A program made the translations under genes and the position numbers. From positions 134,666,001-134,730,000 of the forward strand of contig NW_024704742.1 of assembly GCF_018977255.1 (NCBI RefSeq): DNA of 64,000 bases, read 5' to 3'. Under the pieces are notes generated by a model that had not been told where the DNA came from, did not search any database, and saw only the letters and a program-made list of their open reading frames with translations. The number at the start of each line of letters is the position of its first letter. Position 1 is the first letter of the stretch. Origin of the DNA: Callorhinchus milii (Eukaryota). Below, piece by piece: positions 63,661-64,000 of the stretch.

Positions 63661-64000
63661 GTATTGTGTCAGTGCCAGATAATGTTGCAATATCACTTGA
63701 TCCAAATCAGGGGCGTGTTAGTAAACTTCCTTATTCATCAGTCCAGACACTCTTCAAGTCATCACTCTAAACCACACCCTCTGGCTCACTCCCAGTGTCC
63801 CTTTGAACTTCCTGCCTGCCCTTCATATTGGTCCTTTAGTTAATTGTCAATTTACTCTTAAAGGCGTATCCAACAAATGCTCTACTGACTGCCGAAAGAT
63901 AGTACAGGAATCACTCAACAGTGTAAACTATTGACTTAAGAGATCTGGTGATGGGTTCCCACATGCACTAGTAGGCAAAGCTGCAGATCAGTTTTTTATA

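Noticed and set aside
1..64000. CRISPR arrays, rRNA, snoRNA or prokaryotic systems
   Set aside because: Eukaryotic spliced-gene context; no repeat-spacer arrays or rRNA, and no convincing C/D or H/ACA snoRNA could be identified by eye (an Infernal/Rfam scan would be decisive).

Overview
Vertebrate nuclear genomic DNA, intron-rich and dense in SINEs/LINEs. The tRNA/Deu-core SINEs, L2 and CR1 LINEs suggest a cartilaginous fish such as a chimaera or shark (inference). The window covers the conserved ATP8B1-NARS1-FECH block: the last 4 coding exons of ATP8B1 (+, 1715-5222) and the first 4 coding exons of FECH (+, 52785-63660, continuing beyond the window). Between them lie TWO complete, intact 15-exon, 560-aa cytosolic asparaginyl-tRNA synthetase genes arranged head-to-head as a ~34-kb imperfect palindrome: copy A (-, 7665-21196) and copy B (+, 24282-40466). 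Copy B keeps the ancestral orientation and its CpG island. Copy A is the inverted duplicate and shows CpG decay at its 5' end, yet both retain an ATF4/C-EBP amino-acid-response element ~320 bp upstream of the ATG. The copies differ at 17 residues (14 in the first 176 aa), carry copy-specific TE insertions (arguing against an assembly artefact) and show alternating near-identical and diverged tracts suggestive of arm-to-arm gene conversion. Several smaller fold-back or inversion structures also occur in the window.
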